From Octopus sinensis (Eukaryota), in the NCBI RefSeq assembly GCF_006345805.1, contig NC_043001.1, positions 37,386,001 to 37,450,000 of the forward strand: a stretch of DNA of 64,000 bases. The letters are read 5' to 3'. This document shows positions 38,821-50,344 of the stretch, piece by piece. Numbering within the stretch: the first letter of the stretch is position 1; each line of letters begins with the position of its first letter. The notes beneath the pieces were generated by a model. The model saw only the letters and a program-made list of their open reading frames with translations. It had not been told where the DNA came from and did not search any database. The position numbers were made by a program, and so were the translations under genes.

Positions 38821-40519
38821 GACAGACACATACACCGTCACACACATATACTTGTCAGTCATTGGCCTAACATAGGTAACAAACATGCGAACACACTTAT
38901 ATAGAAAATGTGACGTCATCGTCATTTGGTGGTGATATAAAATGTTGTTTACAATTGGTGACTAAAAGAAAAATGATAATGTTAAATTTTTGTAATGTAA
39001 ATATGTAAATGAAAATATAGTTTAGTTGGTAGCTAAAAGCTTACTGAATCTGTTGATACCCCTTAGGTCAAAATCGGCAACTCAGTTTTGGAATGGATAA
39101 GGAGCATACACACACAAACTCTCTTTTATAGATATAGATTAACTACATCTGTCTCACTTTACAATGTAAAAGAATAAAAATTAAATTATTGAAACAATTC
39201 AGGTTATGTTTCTCTGAAATTTGTTTTACATAAAAGCAATCCTCCATTTCAATAATCTAATTGTTTAAATCGGTGACTGTCAACCATTTTTTACATACAG
39301 ATCCCTTTGATTCTTACTTTATTCAGATGGACCCTCATAGCCATTTGATGTTTAAAAAATCCTATTATATTTTTATAATTATATATTATTAGGAATTGTA
39401 TTCTTTTACTTGTTACAGTCATTTGACTGTGGCCATGGTGGAGCACCAGCTAAAAAATTTTTTTAATATTTTGTGTATAGCAGAAGTATAACCACTTTTT
39501 GCACAAAGATTTTAACGAAATCTCATATGGACCCTTAAGGGCCACATGGATCCCTGTTGAGTACTACTGGTTTAAATGAAGAAATATAAATATGGTTTAT
39601 CAAGTAACTTTCAAATGTTACCTTAAAAAGGTTAGAGAACTTTGATGGTTAAATTTCTTTGTATTTAGAAATAAAATTATGCACATCTAATGCCTAATTA
39701 AAAAAAAAAATCTGTCTATTTAATCAGATGGTGAAACATATTGTGAAAGGTAAAACAACTATTAAAATAGATTTATGAGAGCTTTAAGTATTTCTATTGG
39801 AAACAACTAAAAGTATTTCCTTACCAAATATAAATGTTGCAAAGACACCATTAAAAGAGAAAGAAAAGCCTATAAGTTCTGTTTTCTTTTAAACTGCAGG
39901 GTCATGCACTCCACTCTTGTTATAATCCATTTCCACAAATTATATGAACCATCCTATCTAATGCTTTTTAAACCAAATGTCTGTTACCAATTCTTCATTT
40001 TGAAATCTAATAATTTTGTAGTGCATATATCATTTACTCAAAAACTAATCATTTTCATTAGATTTATACACAGTGCAATTTATTCCATGCCTCATTTCAT
40101 TAATCCATTTGTATCTAGTACCAGATGAACTGGAAATGGTATCTGTGAAAGATATTCAAGAGAAAATTGCTTCTCATTTATTTATTATACTTTATATTAA
40201 GTGCAGATATGTCCGTTGTTAAGTTTGTTTCCTAATCATGTGGTCTTAGGTTCAGTCCCATTATGTGTCTTCTACTATAACTCCGGGTCAACCAAAGCGT
40301 TAGATTGCATGGTTCACATAACTGGTGGAAAATAAGAGATTGTAAGTAAATTTGGTAGATGGAAAAAGAAAAAAGCCCATTGTTTGGTGTATGTGAGTTA
40401 TAAACATATGTATACATACATATGAAAGAGAAATAAAGGAAGCTTCTAACAATGCAGAAAGTTTTACAAATGATCATGGTAGAAGATGGTGTTCGTCATA
40501 GTCACCACGATGTATTCGA

Positions 40520-40690
40520 TCAACTGTAGATTCTTCAGGTTGAGGCAGTGAATCAGTATAGCTTCCTTGATATGAAGATTTCCTGTGTTCCTCTCTGAGA
40601 CTGGTATGGAGGCATCTATCTCTTTGGCGATTTTGCTGCACTTGATTAAGTGCTTGTGGAAGAGAGATAGTGAAGTGTTCCTTCATTTGG
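40520..40690 (-). mobile_element. Penelope-like GIY-YIG C-terminal remnant
   Basis: A frame other than the tracked ORF reads SLFHKHLIKCSKIAKEIDASIPVSERNTGNLHIKEAILIHCLNL, resembling the PLE endonuclease end (H.L...E...L.IKEAI.I...P.LN). Confidence 0.5.
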
Positions 40691-43389
40691 ATATGGAGTG
40701 GTCAGACTGTGCTACCAATGTAATAGTTGTTGCAAAGTCACCTAATACACTCTTAAGGTAAATAAATATTTTTTAAGCCATCATTAAGGCACTGGGCAAC
40801 ACACAAGGGAGACACTTCATGGTAAGGTGACCAGCAAACATAGCGCAAAATGTCCTCAAATCATACTCTCTCATCTTAAAAAAGTAAGCATTCACTGAAT
40901 AATGTAGTTCTAGATATGACTGCATATGAAAATTATGGGACACTCATAGGTTTGCTCAATCAAAGTTAAACAACAAAAACAAGGAGTAGAAAGTGATCAT
41001 CATTATTTAATGTGTTTTTTTTTTTTCCTTGGTTGGCATGGGTTGGATGATTCTCACAGACCCTCATCACTTGGTACACACTGTAGCTAAGAATATAAAC
41101 TTTGTTTTCTATAGGTGGATTATTACTGAATATCCTTCTTGAAATCAAATACTTTAAAACATGGACTGGATTCATTAGTGTACCATGTATATGAAGCACA
41201 TTCACCTTTTCATTAGTGTACTCCATGTACGAAGTGCATTCACCCAACCTAAGACCATGTGACAGGTGGGAACAACCGGATTTCAGTGGTGCCAAAACTC
41301 GTGCTGAACTGCTGTGACAGACTCATTATTCTACACGTAATTGTCGTAGACAAACATGCAATGCTCTATCATCCACAGTGTCATGGCCTCACTTGAAAAG
41401 TAAAAAAATGCTAAGATACCACGGATTGAATGGTACCTGTCGGACATATGACCCTCCTCCTGGGGCTGAGTAATAGCCATTTCAAAAACGTCCGTCCTCT
41501 CTGCCCCACTCTGTACTATCACCAACACTAAAAAGTTTGTCTATTAAGATTAAAGAGACCTCCTTTACTCTGAGGACAAATGAAAACCTTTTACATCACT
41601 ATTATGAGTCCTCTCTACTCTGTATCAAGTTTTTATTTAGAGTTACTATTATCCAAAATGGGTTGCCTGCAGTGTAAGTTGAGAATTTCATGTTTCCTCA
41701 GTTTGTTCATTCCTTTTATTGGCATAATGTTTGTTGCTGGATATCATTTCTATCATAACATTATAGAGCAAGATCAGAGCACATTTAATCAAACTGCCAC
41801 CAGCACCAGAGAGGTTGTCTGCAGAAAGACAATAGAAGCCCTTCTATTCTTGCTCTTACTGTGGCATGCAGAGTCTACAATCCTTACATTTACTCCTTCA
41901 CTATTTAAAAAAGTTTTTTCTTTTATAGCTGAAGCCCTTCCTATCACCAACCACTTTATAGAGTGAATTGGGTGCATTGTATCATGCCAGTGGCACAAGA
42001 AAGACTGTCCCCCTGTTCTGATAATAAACAAAAATCACATACATCAACTATTAAACAGTGTTTACCTCCCTAACCACCAAAAGTGTAATGTACTAGAAAG
42101 AATACTAATAAATTCTCCTATGTTGATCCCACAAACTAACCCTCTTTAAAGAGCTTTTTCTAAGAGTTATTACACTGTAATGATAAATAACCTTATATAA
42201 ACCAATATGGTATCTGAAGTGTATGATTTTGATAGAAGCTTCCAGCATGGCCACAGCTCATAAACTGAAACTAGAATCAATCAATCAATCAATCATAGTA
42301 ATAATTCTAAAACTTCAATCATTAGTATTACTGCAGAAAAAACAAAAAAATTGTATCTAATTAGTTAATATTATTAAAATAGCTGTTGTGAAAAAGTTTG
42401 TCTTTGAGTTGAATCTCATTGCAGAATATGTCAGGCAAGTATCATGCTACCACATTTTCAGATTGACAAATATTCCATCAGCAGAATTTAGTGGAGAGAA
42501 ACTATGCAGATCTGTGTGTACACCAGAGTCAAACCTAGTGGCATTTAAGCCAAGAAGAAACTTTTGAAAAGATGCAACTCAAATATATTTAGCCATTTAA
42601 TGAATAAACATCAGATCAGTATAATAGCTTAAAACTCAAGAAGGTGGTGCTCCAAAATAGGCACAATCCAATGACTAAAACCAATAATAGAACAGAAAAA
42701 TATATTAATGATTGGTGTATAATAAACCAAGTACTGAGTAAAACATTTTCTATAATGGCAAAATTTTTTTAAATAATTTGAGAATTAACAAAATCCTTTT
42801 CTGACATTCAACAGTTATAAATGAAATAGCATGAGCAGTAAATCATTGAAACATACAATAATCAAGTTATAGAGAAACTTTTATCATAAACTTAGTTAAT
42901 CAAATTAACATGTTTTTTGGAATTAAATCTCAACAACCTAGATAGATAGATTGAATTATATAAACTAGCAAAAATAACATGCATAAATAGAAAGGATGAC
43001 TAAATGAGTTTAGTAATGGACTACTTCCAATTTGGCAGTCAAATCATTGCTCCCAGTTTGACAGTCAAGTCATTGTTTTAATATCCATTTTCATTTCCTA
43101 TGACAATGCTCTAACCATCTGTTTCTATGTCTTCCTCTGCTATAAATATATTGTAGTCATTATGCACCATCCTTTAACCTGTACAGTTGTCAGCAGAAGT
43201 AATAAACAACAAAATAAAGACGGCTATACAGATATGATATGCTTTGTGTGTCAGCTAGTCAATCAGGGAGTTTATACTTGATTGTTTGACTTGTGAGAAA
43301 TAGCAGCCAAATTTTCCTCAAATCACACACTACAACCTTTAGAAAGGCTAGAAAAGCCAAGCTCAAATACCTATTATTATATGTCTGTG

Positions 43390-43640
43390 GAAACACTACT
43401 GCTTAAAACCAACACCACTGGCCATGATACTGTCCTTTCCAGAACTCTCAAACAGTGCACTCCAGAGTTCAACCCTGACTATGCCAAACTCTTCAATCCT
43501 CTCTCTATAGGGATCTATCCCAGTCATTGGAAACATGCTACAGTGTGTCCTATTCACAAAAAAAGATAACCTCACTGACCCTGCTAATCTTGACCAATCA
43601 CTAATTTTCAATATTTAAAAGGCAATGGAAATTTAACTAT
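43390..43640 (+). mobile_element. CR1/Jockey-group RT N-terminal remnant (related piece at about 45600-45900)
   Basis: LKQCTPE...AKLFN...IYPSHWKHATVCPIHKK. Confidence 0.7.
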
Positions 43641-44039
43641 CATCTTCTCCAACACTTTTCTCTCCCCTCAGTGACAACATTACTTGTACATCTTCTGTAT
43701 AACAAGATCTACCAAGAACTTGTTCTCTACTATGTCCTGCCAGTGACCCTATAACTTTAGCAAAAGCAATTTCACTGAACTTTGAACTTTATAATTATAC
43801 CCAATGTTTACATATGTCCCCTCCCCACTCTCTCTCCAATACAAGCTACTTGCTACCACCTGTAACAATGCTCACTACTATGCAGAGACCATTTTTACTC
43901 TTCATTAACCTTATGTACACACACATCATCTTCATGCAACCTAGACACCTTAAATTAAACCGGCAATGTTTCCATAAACAGAGACATCCAAAACATTCTT
44001 CAATGAAGATATAGTAATGTCCCTTGTAAAATATAAACA

Positions 44040-44640
44040 CACGGAGGCAAAGTAACTGAGTTCCTTTCGAGTTTTGGGCCACACAGAGGCAAGGTGGCTG
44101 AGCTCCTTTCGAGCATCAGGCCTCATGGAGGTAAAGTGGCTGAGTTCCTTTCGCGTATTGGGCCACATGGAGGCAATGACCAAGACCTTTGGCATTTTGT
44201 AATGCTTGAGAAGACCCCTCAAGCTGAGCAAAATCGCAGTCATGGCATATACCTGTATTACGCAAACTAGCACCTGTGTCAGTGGCATGTAAACACACCT
44301 GCTGCACTCTCAGAGTGGTTGGCATTAAAAAGGGCATCCAGCCACAGAAAACCATGCCAAACCAGACTGGAGTCTGGTACAGCCTTGCAGTGTGCCAGCC
44401 CAGTCAAACCATTCAACCCATCCCAGCATGGACAATGGATGTTAGATGCTGCTGATGACAACGACACACTTTGGTACCAAAAAGCATGCAGTACACTCTG
44501 TAAAGAGGTTGGTATTAAGGAAGGAAAACCAGCCACAGAAACTGTGCCAAACTTGATTACAATCCAGTAAATCACTGGATCCTACTGTAACATCCAACCC
44601 ATGCAAGTACAGAAGACATTAAATGACGATGATGATGCAC
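44040..44640 (+). mobile_element. RTE 3'UTR and tail of another subfamily, with three about 40-bp units at 44040-44170
   Basis: gaggcaaagtaactgagttcctttcga-type units, RTE core, gat tail. Confidence 0.75.
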
Positions 44641-44650
44641 TTTGGTGCAT

Positions 44651-45430
44651 GTATCATCATCATCGTTTAACATCTGTTCTCCATGCTAGCATGGGTTGGA
44701 CGGTTCGACCGGGGATCTGGGAAGCCAGAAGGCTGCACCAGGCTCCAGTCTTATCTGGCAATGTTTCTATAGCTTGATGCCCTTCCTAACGCCAACCACT
44801 CCGTGAGTGTAGTGGGTGCTTTTTACGTGCCACCTGCACAGGTGCCAGGCGAGGCTGACAACGACCACGGTCAGATTGGTGCATTTTACGTGCCACCGGC
44901 ACGGAAGCTAGTCAAGGCAGCACTGGCATCGGCCACGATTCGGATAGTGCTTTTTACGTGCCACCGGCACGGAAGCCAGTCGAAGTGGCGCTGGCATCGG
45001 CCACGATTTGGATAGTGCTTTTTACGTACCACCAGTCCAGGGCATCTGCCGGGTGCCAGTCATAGGATTGGTTCAATTTTGATTCCGATTTCACTTGCCC
45101 CAACAGGTCTTCGCAAGCAAAGGGGGGTTGGCATGGGTGCCTGTCGTCGGATGAGGTTCGATATCGACTTCGCTTGCCTCAACAGGTCTTTGTGTGTCCA
45201 AGGGAGGAAAGGCATGCATAAGTGGGCTGGACTCACTTGTCCAGCCTGGTCTTCTCACGCACAGCATATTTCCAAAGGTCTCGGTCGCTGGTCATTTCTT
45301 CAGTGAAGCCTAAAGTTCAAAGGTCGTGCTTCACCACCTCGTCCCAGGTTTTCCTGGGTCTACCTCTTCCACGGGTTCCCTCAACTGCTAGGGATTGGCA
45401 CTTTTTCACACACCTATCTTCATCCATTCT
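44651..45430 (-). mobile_element. RTE LINE 3' end with full 3'UTR
   Basis: cat-repeat tail at 44651; ORF end (GRPRKTWDEV) at 45215-45430. Confidence 0.9.
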
Positions 45431-45879
45431 CGCCACATAAACCAAAATGAATTGTTAAATATTATTTTGAAAATTTGCTGTTTCAGACTATAAAGTGCTC
45501 TAAATTCACAGCAAAATGGTTCTGTGAGCAATAACCTCATGAGAAAAACCCCTTCTTCACTAACCTCTTTGCAGCCAACTTGATGCTGCGCATGCTTGGC
45601 AAATCTTCAAACTTATCCCCTTCCATACTTCCAGACCTACTAACTTGTATATACATGCACCAAGTATGAAAGTACCTCCAATTGCTTCAAACCAACATGA
45701 ACACTAATCAGCACAATGTCCTTTTCATTACTCTCAAACATTGCATCCTAGAGCCACCCTCTAGATTTACCAAACTCTTCAACCTCTCCTTTTCTACTCA
45801 CTGATCTTTATCAACACAAAACAATGTGTCCAAGAAAGACAACTCTTCTGACCCTGCCAGCTATTGCCTTCAACCTCTA

Positions 45880-47030
45880 ACCATCAACAATGACGTTCTC
45901 CAACAGTTTGAATATCTCTTTTTAACGACTACTAGTATGGTTACCATATGGTAACCAGTGTCAAGAGCCATGGTTACTGTTTCTTCCACATCAAGTCTAA
46001 ATACCCTCCTCAGTAACAGTGGGTGGTTTTTGTAAATCCTATAAGTGGTGCCAAATAACCCTGGAACAGATCCAGCCCCAGCTTTTGCTTCCATTGCCCT
46101 CACATTGTTGAAAGGGGTGCTGAGTTTGAACATTGGCTGTGGGAAGATACAATCTCCCAACAAAATATTTCTTCTGGGGATACTGTGCAGTGTTGCTACT
46201 CTGCTCTCCACCTCTTCCTTGGAACAAATCAGTTTTGCACTTTTTGGCTTACCAAGGAGGTCAGCTACAAACTTGAAGGATTGTTAAAAAAAGGCCTTTC
46301 TTTGCTTTCACCTATCTCTCTCTCTTTCTGTTTTTTTTCGGAGCGACTCTGCTCTGTGAAGCTGGAATGGATTTCTTTCATAAGTCTGAGCTAAGCTAGT
46401 TTTAAGCCATTTTTTCTTATCTGCTTTTTCCACTTTTTCTTTATCTGTCTCAGCTCTTTCCTCAATTCAGCCAGCTGATGCTGCCTCCAGCTGGGACCAT
46501 GCTGTTTGTTAGTTTTTCTTACCTTCATACCAAAGGCATCTTGGAATGCCTGGTGCACCACTTTTCAGAATGTTGTCCAAGTTCCTGTCCAACTGAGCCC
46601 ACCACAGATCTGTTACTCAGGAAATTCAGACATAGTTTGTTCTCAGAGCCCTCAAGGCTTTCAGATTCAGCTGCTCTTTTTGTGCAATAAGCAAGTTGAG
46701 CAGAGAGGCCCTGATCTTCCTCCTCTTCTGATAAGCAGTTCTAATACACCCAGACCAATGGCTTTGGGTAGTATCCAATGATTTGTATTGTAGTTGCTTA
46801 CTGCATTTTAATTTACTTAGATGAACTTTCATGTTACATTCACTCCTGTATACTTGCTTTGTGTCCAATTATATAGACTGAAAACTCTTGTTAAAATTGT
46901 TAACCAGATGTTCTATCTTCTTTTGCAGATTATCCTCCTCACCCCTCTTCAGTCTGCCTTGGGGTGTTCTATCTGACCCTAACACTGCCGTCTTTCTAAG
47001 TTGTCGTCCATTTTTTCATGGATATCAGTG
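45880..47030 (-). mobile_element. Degraded 5' part of an R2/Hero-like RLE non-LTR element
   Basis: Minus-strand peptides SECNMKVHLSKLKC (N-terminal Zn-finger-like), LRKELRQ..KKW and LHRAE..RKK fit the Hero/R2-type N-terminal region; many frameshifts. Confidence 0.5.
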
Positions 47031-47073
47031 AGTTTCCCCCCAACGGTCACAACATTACAGATAAAATAAATAT

Positions 47074-47307
47074 CTGTTTCTTTATTGCCCACAAGGGGCT
47101 AAACATAGAAGGGACAAACAAGGACAGACAAACGGATTAAGTCGATTACATCGACCCCAGTGCGTAACTGGTACTTAATTTATCGACCCCGAAAGGATGA
47201 AAGGCAAAGTCGACCTCGGCGGAATTTGAACTCAGAACGCAACGACAGACGCAATACCGCTAAGCATTTCGCCCGGTGTGCTAACGTTTCTGCCAGCTCG
47301 CCGCCTT
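47074..47307 (-). mobile_element. tRNA-derived SINE, family B, low divergence
   Basis: Reverse complement of the 34519/36169 family. Confidence 0.88.
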
Positions 47308-47896
47308 ATTAAATAAATATCGGAGACGCTTTGTCCCACACAGAAACTGCAGGATGTACTTCGGAAATCTTTCTGTATGATTAACAGATATCACTGGGTC
47401 ATAAGCGTTCCATTTCCGGCCACATAATATATCTGTCCCTCCCATATGACAACACACTCTGTTGAAATACTGCATGCCTGGTCATGGACTTCAGTGAAAC
47501 TTCCACATAATATATCCCTATTTTTCTAGATCCTTCATTTTTCCTTCGATATCTTCAACCAAAAGATCGCCCTCGTATTTTTTTAGCGCATGATAAAAAA
47601 AAAAATCAATCTTGCACTATGATTATTAGGTTCCGAATCTGGTGTGCAAAACAAAAATCCGAAGAAATAATTTTAAAAGGAAGTAAGGAGTGGGTTAAAA
47701 TCACGCTTAAACAAAAGTGCCTGTAATTCAGCATGTTATATATGAAAACTGAGTATATATTAAGAGATATAAGGACTGGGCGATTGCTTTATTGTTTTCA
47801 CATATAAAAATGGGCGAAAGTAAAGAACACGTACACCCGGTGTTTAGGATTAGGGTTTTTGTTACGCCGAAAACGGATAGTATACGTATTTTTTAC

Positions 47897-47905
47897 CTTC
47901 GCCAT
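47897..47905 (-). CDS. THYN1: Candidate THYN1 first coding exon (Met-Ala-Lys)
   Basis: Minus strand cttc ATG GCG AAG|gtaaaa inside the CpG-rich promoter region. It ends in phase 0, so a further unlocated exon is needed before the phase-1 acceptor at 21303. Confidence 0.5.
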
Positions 47906-48158
47906 GAAGATGGGTGTAGTGAAGAGGATGCAACATTTAAACAAGAGATAGTTTACGTAAAACAGTCACCGAAAGAAATTTTGATTACATAAAAGGTGTG
48001 CAGGTACTCTTATCATAAAAATGATCGATCACAACTGCTCCTGTTCTAGATGAAATATAAATATAGTTTGTAGCCTTTTTCTTACCATGAATTTTAGTTG
48101 TTTTTAATTTCTTCTTCGGTGACATCACGCTCATACAAAACCTAAACAGACTAAAATA

Positions 48159-48168
48159 TTTCCCGCCA
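48159..48168 (+). promoter_or_regulatory. E2F-like site
   Basis: TTTCCCGCCA matches TTTSSCGC; lies about 250 nt upstream of the candidate THYN1 ATG. Confidence 0.4.
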
Positions 48169-48336
48169 CAAGCTACTGTTATATAACTTTTACACTGTTT
48201 CGAAGTAATTAAAAACAGATGTTTTCTTCTCAATTTCATTTCCTTTTATTAAATAATTTAATTCTTATATAGAATAGAAATCAATTTTATAATTATTTCA
48301 GTTATACAAATTTGTACGACACTATAGTAAACAGTT

Positions 48337-48349
48337 GTTGCTTGGCAAC
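48337..48349. promoter_or_regulatory. RFX X-box motif
   Basis: GTTGCTTGGCAAC fits the RFX half-sites GTTGC/GGCAAC. A second partial site GTTGCTATGAC lies at 48356-48366. X-boxes are typical of ciliary gene promoters. Confidence 0.7.
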
Positions 48350-50128
48350 GACCCGGTTGCTATGACCGCTGCCGGGCGATAAGCAGAGAAATGCCAACAT
48401 TTAGAACGAAAATTCTTCACCTGCCAAGATGTGAATTAAACAAAATTATTTACATTTTAGGAGGAAGTGGTAAAACCAACTAAGATCATACAGTTTTTCC
48501 CATTTAAAAAAATAATTTACTAAGGTTATTTATCATCTAATGCTGACTTGATATATTTCTACTTGTAAAATTTATAACTCCACAAATGTCTTAAGACAAA
48601 ATATGTGATAAACCAAATTTACTCTTTTTTGGGGGGGTAAGTAAACATTTTCAAAATTCATTGTTTCCCTTGTCTTTTAATGTAATTTCAAATATTACTC
48701 CGATTTGCTTAAAATTACTTTGTAATCTTGAAAAATGCATAAACATTACGGACTTCACTCCGCTCTATGAACCCAAAGCTTTATGGAAAATATTAAGACA
48801 AAATAAAAAAGAAGTTGCCACAGGTAGTTAAACAATATGAGTTGAGAGAATTTTATTGCTTTACTTGTAGGTTAGGTGTTTTATGAACGGTCATCTCTAA
48901 CTAGGTAGAGTTTTTGTGTAAATCACTGACTTCTTAATCGTAAATATTTTGTGTTTTTTTTAATGTTCCACAATGTATATGAAGTACGAAATTACAATGG
49001 GTGGAAGCTAGTTCTGATTACTTTGACCCAGGTATGTTGGTACATAGCCTGTTAATATTTAAGTTTTTATGCAGAGAAAGAACTTAACTTAAAAAAGCAA
49101 ACAAAAAAATAGAGTTAAAAATGAAAACCATTTAAAATGGAAATAGAAGTGCCTGCGCATTTACTGCACATTGCACCATGATACTAAAAATTTATGAAGC
49201 ATTCGTACCATAGGTGATTGATGATGAGGTACTGTAACAGTCAGTTACCCTCATACACATCATCAAATATTTCAAGGAGATGGAATACTAATAAAATCAA
49301 TGATTACCTTGTCAGTGGCGCAGCTCTCCAAACACCTTATATTCTACAAGTTGACAAATGTAATTTATCAACTAGAGTATTTCTGTCTTATTTCTTCCCT
49401 TCACTATAGTGTTAAGGTTATATGACAAAACAAAAGATGCTTTAACAGTGGTGTTCTAGATGAGGCATTTGCTTCATGCCTTGTAGAAAAAAGTCTATGG
49501 GGATCTCCCACTGTCCCTGGAGAATCCTGAAAGCTTCAGGATTAAGGGGATGTTTACTCTGATCAGGACTCATTTAATAATTAAATTTAGTTTACTGTGA
49601 TGAGCAAAGCAACTTATATTTAGTTGAGTTGATTTTCCTTCCCTGAAACTAACAATTCAAATCCTTTTCATAGTTGTAGAGTTTCATTTACTTATTTATT
49701 GGAAAAGAGACTATGCTATCCATCAAAAAGAAGCAAGCATGAATGGGAGAGTTAGAGAGGAACTTTTGTATAAATCCAAACCCCTGAATAATTTAGATAA
49801 TGCAATCTGAGCAAAGAATTCCAAAATTAGTTTAACATTGACCAAACTTTTGAGTTTCTCATAAATTAGAAAATCAGAGAGTTGTGAGAATCTAAATGAA
49901 AACTAGCCCTAAAAATGTACACTAACTTAGAGGTCAACAATTAAGTTCTAAGAATAAAAAAAAACTTTGATGGGGCTCAATTACATCAATGTTCTTGAGT
50001 AATTGTTTAAGCTTTGACATCTGGGTTTGAAACCAAGACCAGAAGTTAAGGTTTCAAAGGAGGTAGACACCATAATGGAAAGGAAGAACTTGGTGAAAAG
50101 CTCCATCATAGTTTGACATTGTATAGAT

Positions 50129-50344
50129 CAGGGGTGGGCAAACTTTTTTGATCGCGGGCCGCACAGTGCGTCTTTGGAACCTTGGCGGGCCTCATTTATA
50201 AAAATCAAGTGAAAATATTGTGAATTACCATACAGTTACGAAGTATCTGCATAGAAGTTGGGATTCATAAAAGCTCTCGGCGGGCCGCATGAAAACCTAT
50301 GGCGGGCCGCATGCGGCCCGCGGGCCGTAGTTTGCCCACTCCTG
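50129..50344. mobile_element. hAT (Charlie-type) MITE
   Basis: TIRs CAGGGGTGGGCAAAC / GTTTGCCCACTCCTG; exact 8-bp TSD GTATAGAT at 50121-50128 and 50345-50352; cgggccgc subterminal repeats. Confidence 0.92.

Larger units (their letters stand above)
47790..48420. promoter_or_regulatory. Probable bidirectional promoter between THYN1 (-) and LRRC56 (+)
   Basis: Non-repetitive stretch with visibly retained CpGs, lying between two divergent genes; contains X-box and E2F-like motifs. Confidence 0.7.

Noticed and set aside
41172-41245. Short direct duplication of about 35 bp (another at about 4235 and 4385)
   Set aside because: Ordinary slippage-type duplication with no further structure.
49522-49545. 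Small palindrome AATCCTGAA-AGC-TTCAGGATT (a similar 7-bp stem lies near 54545)
   Set aside because: Short stems like this are expected by chance in 64 kb of AT-rich DNA.
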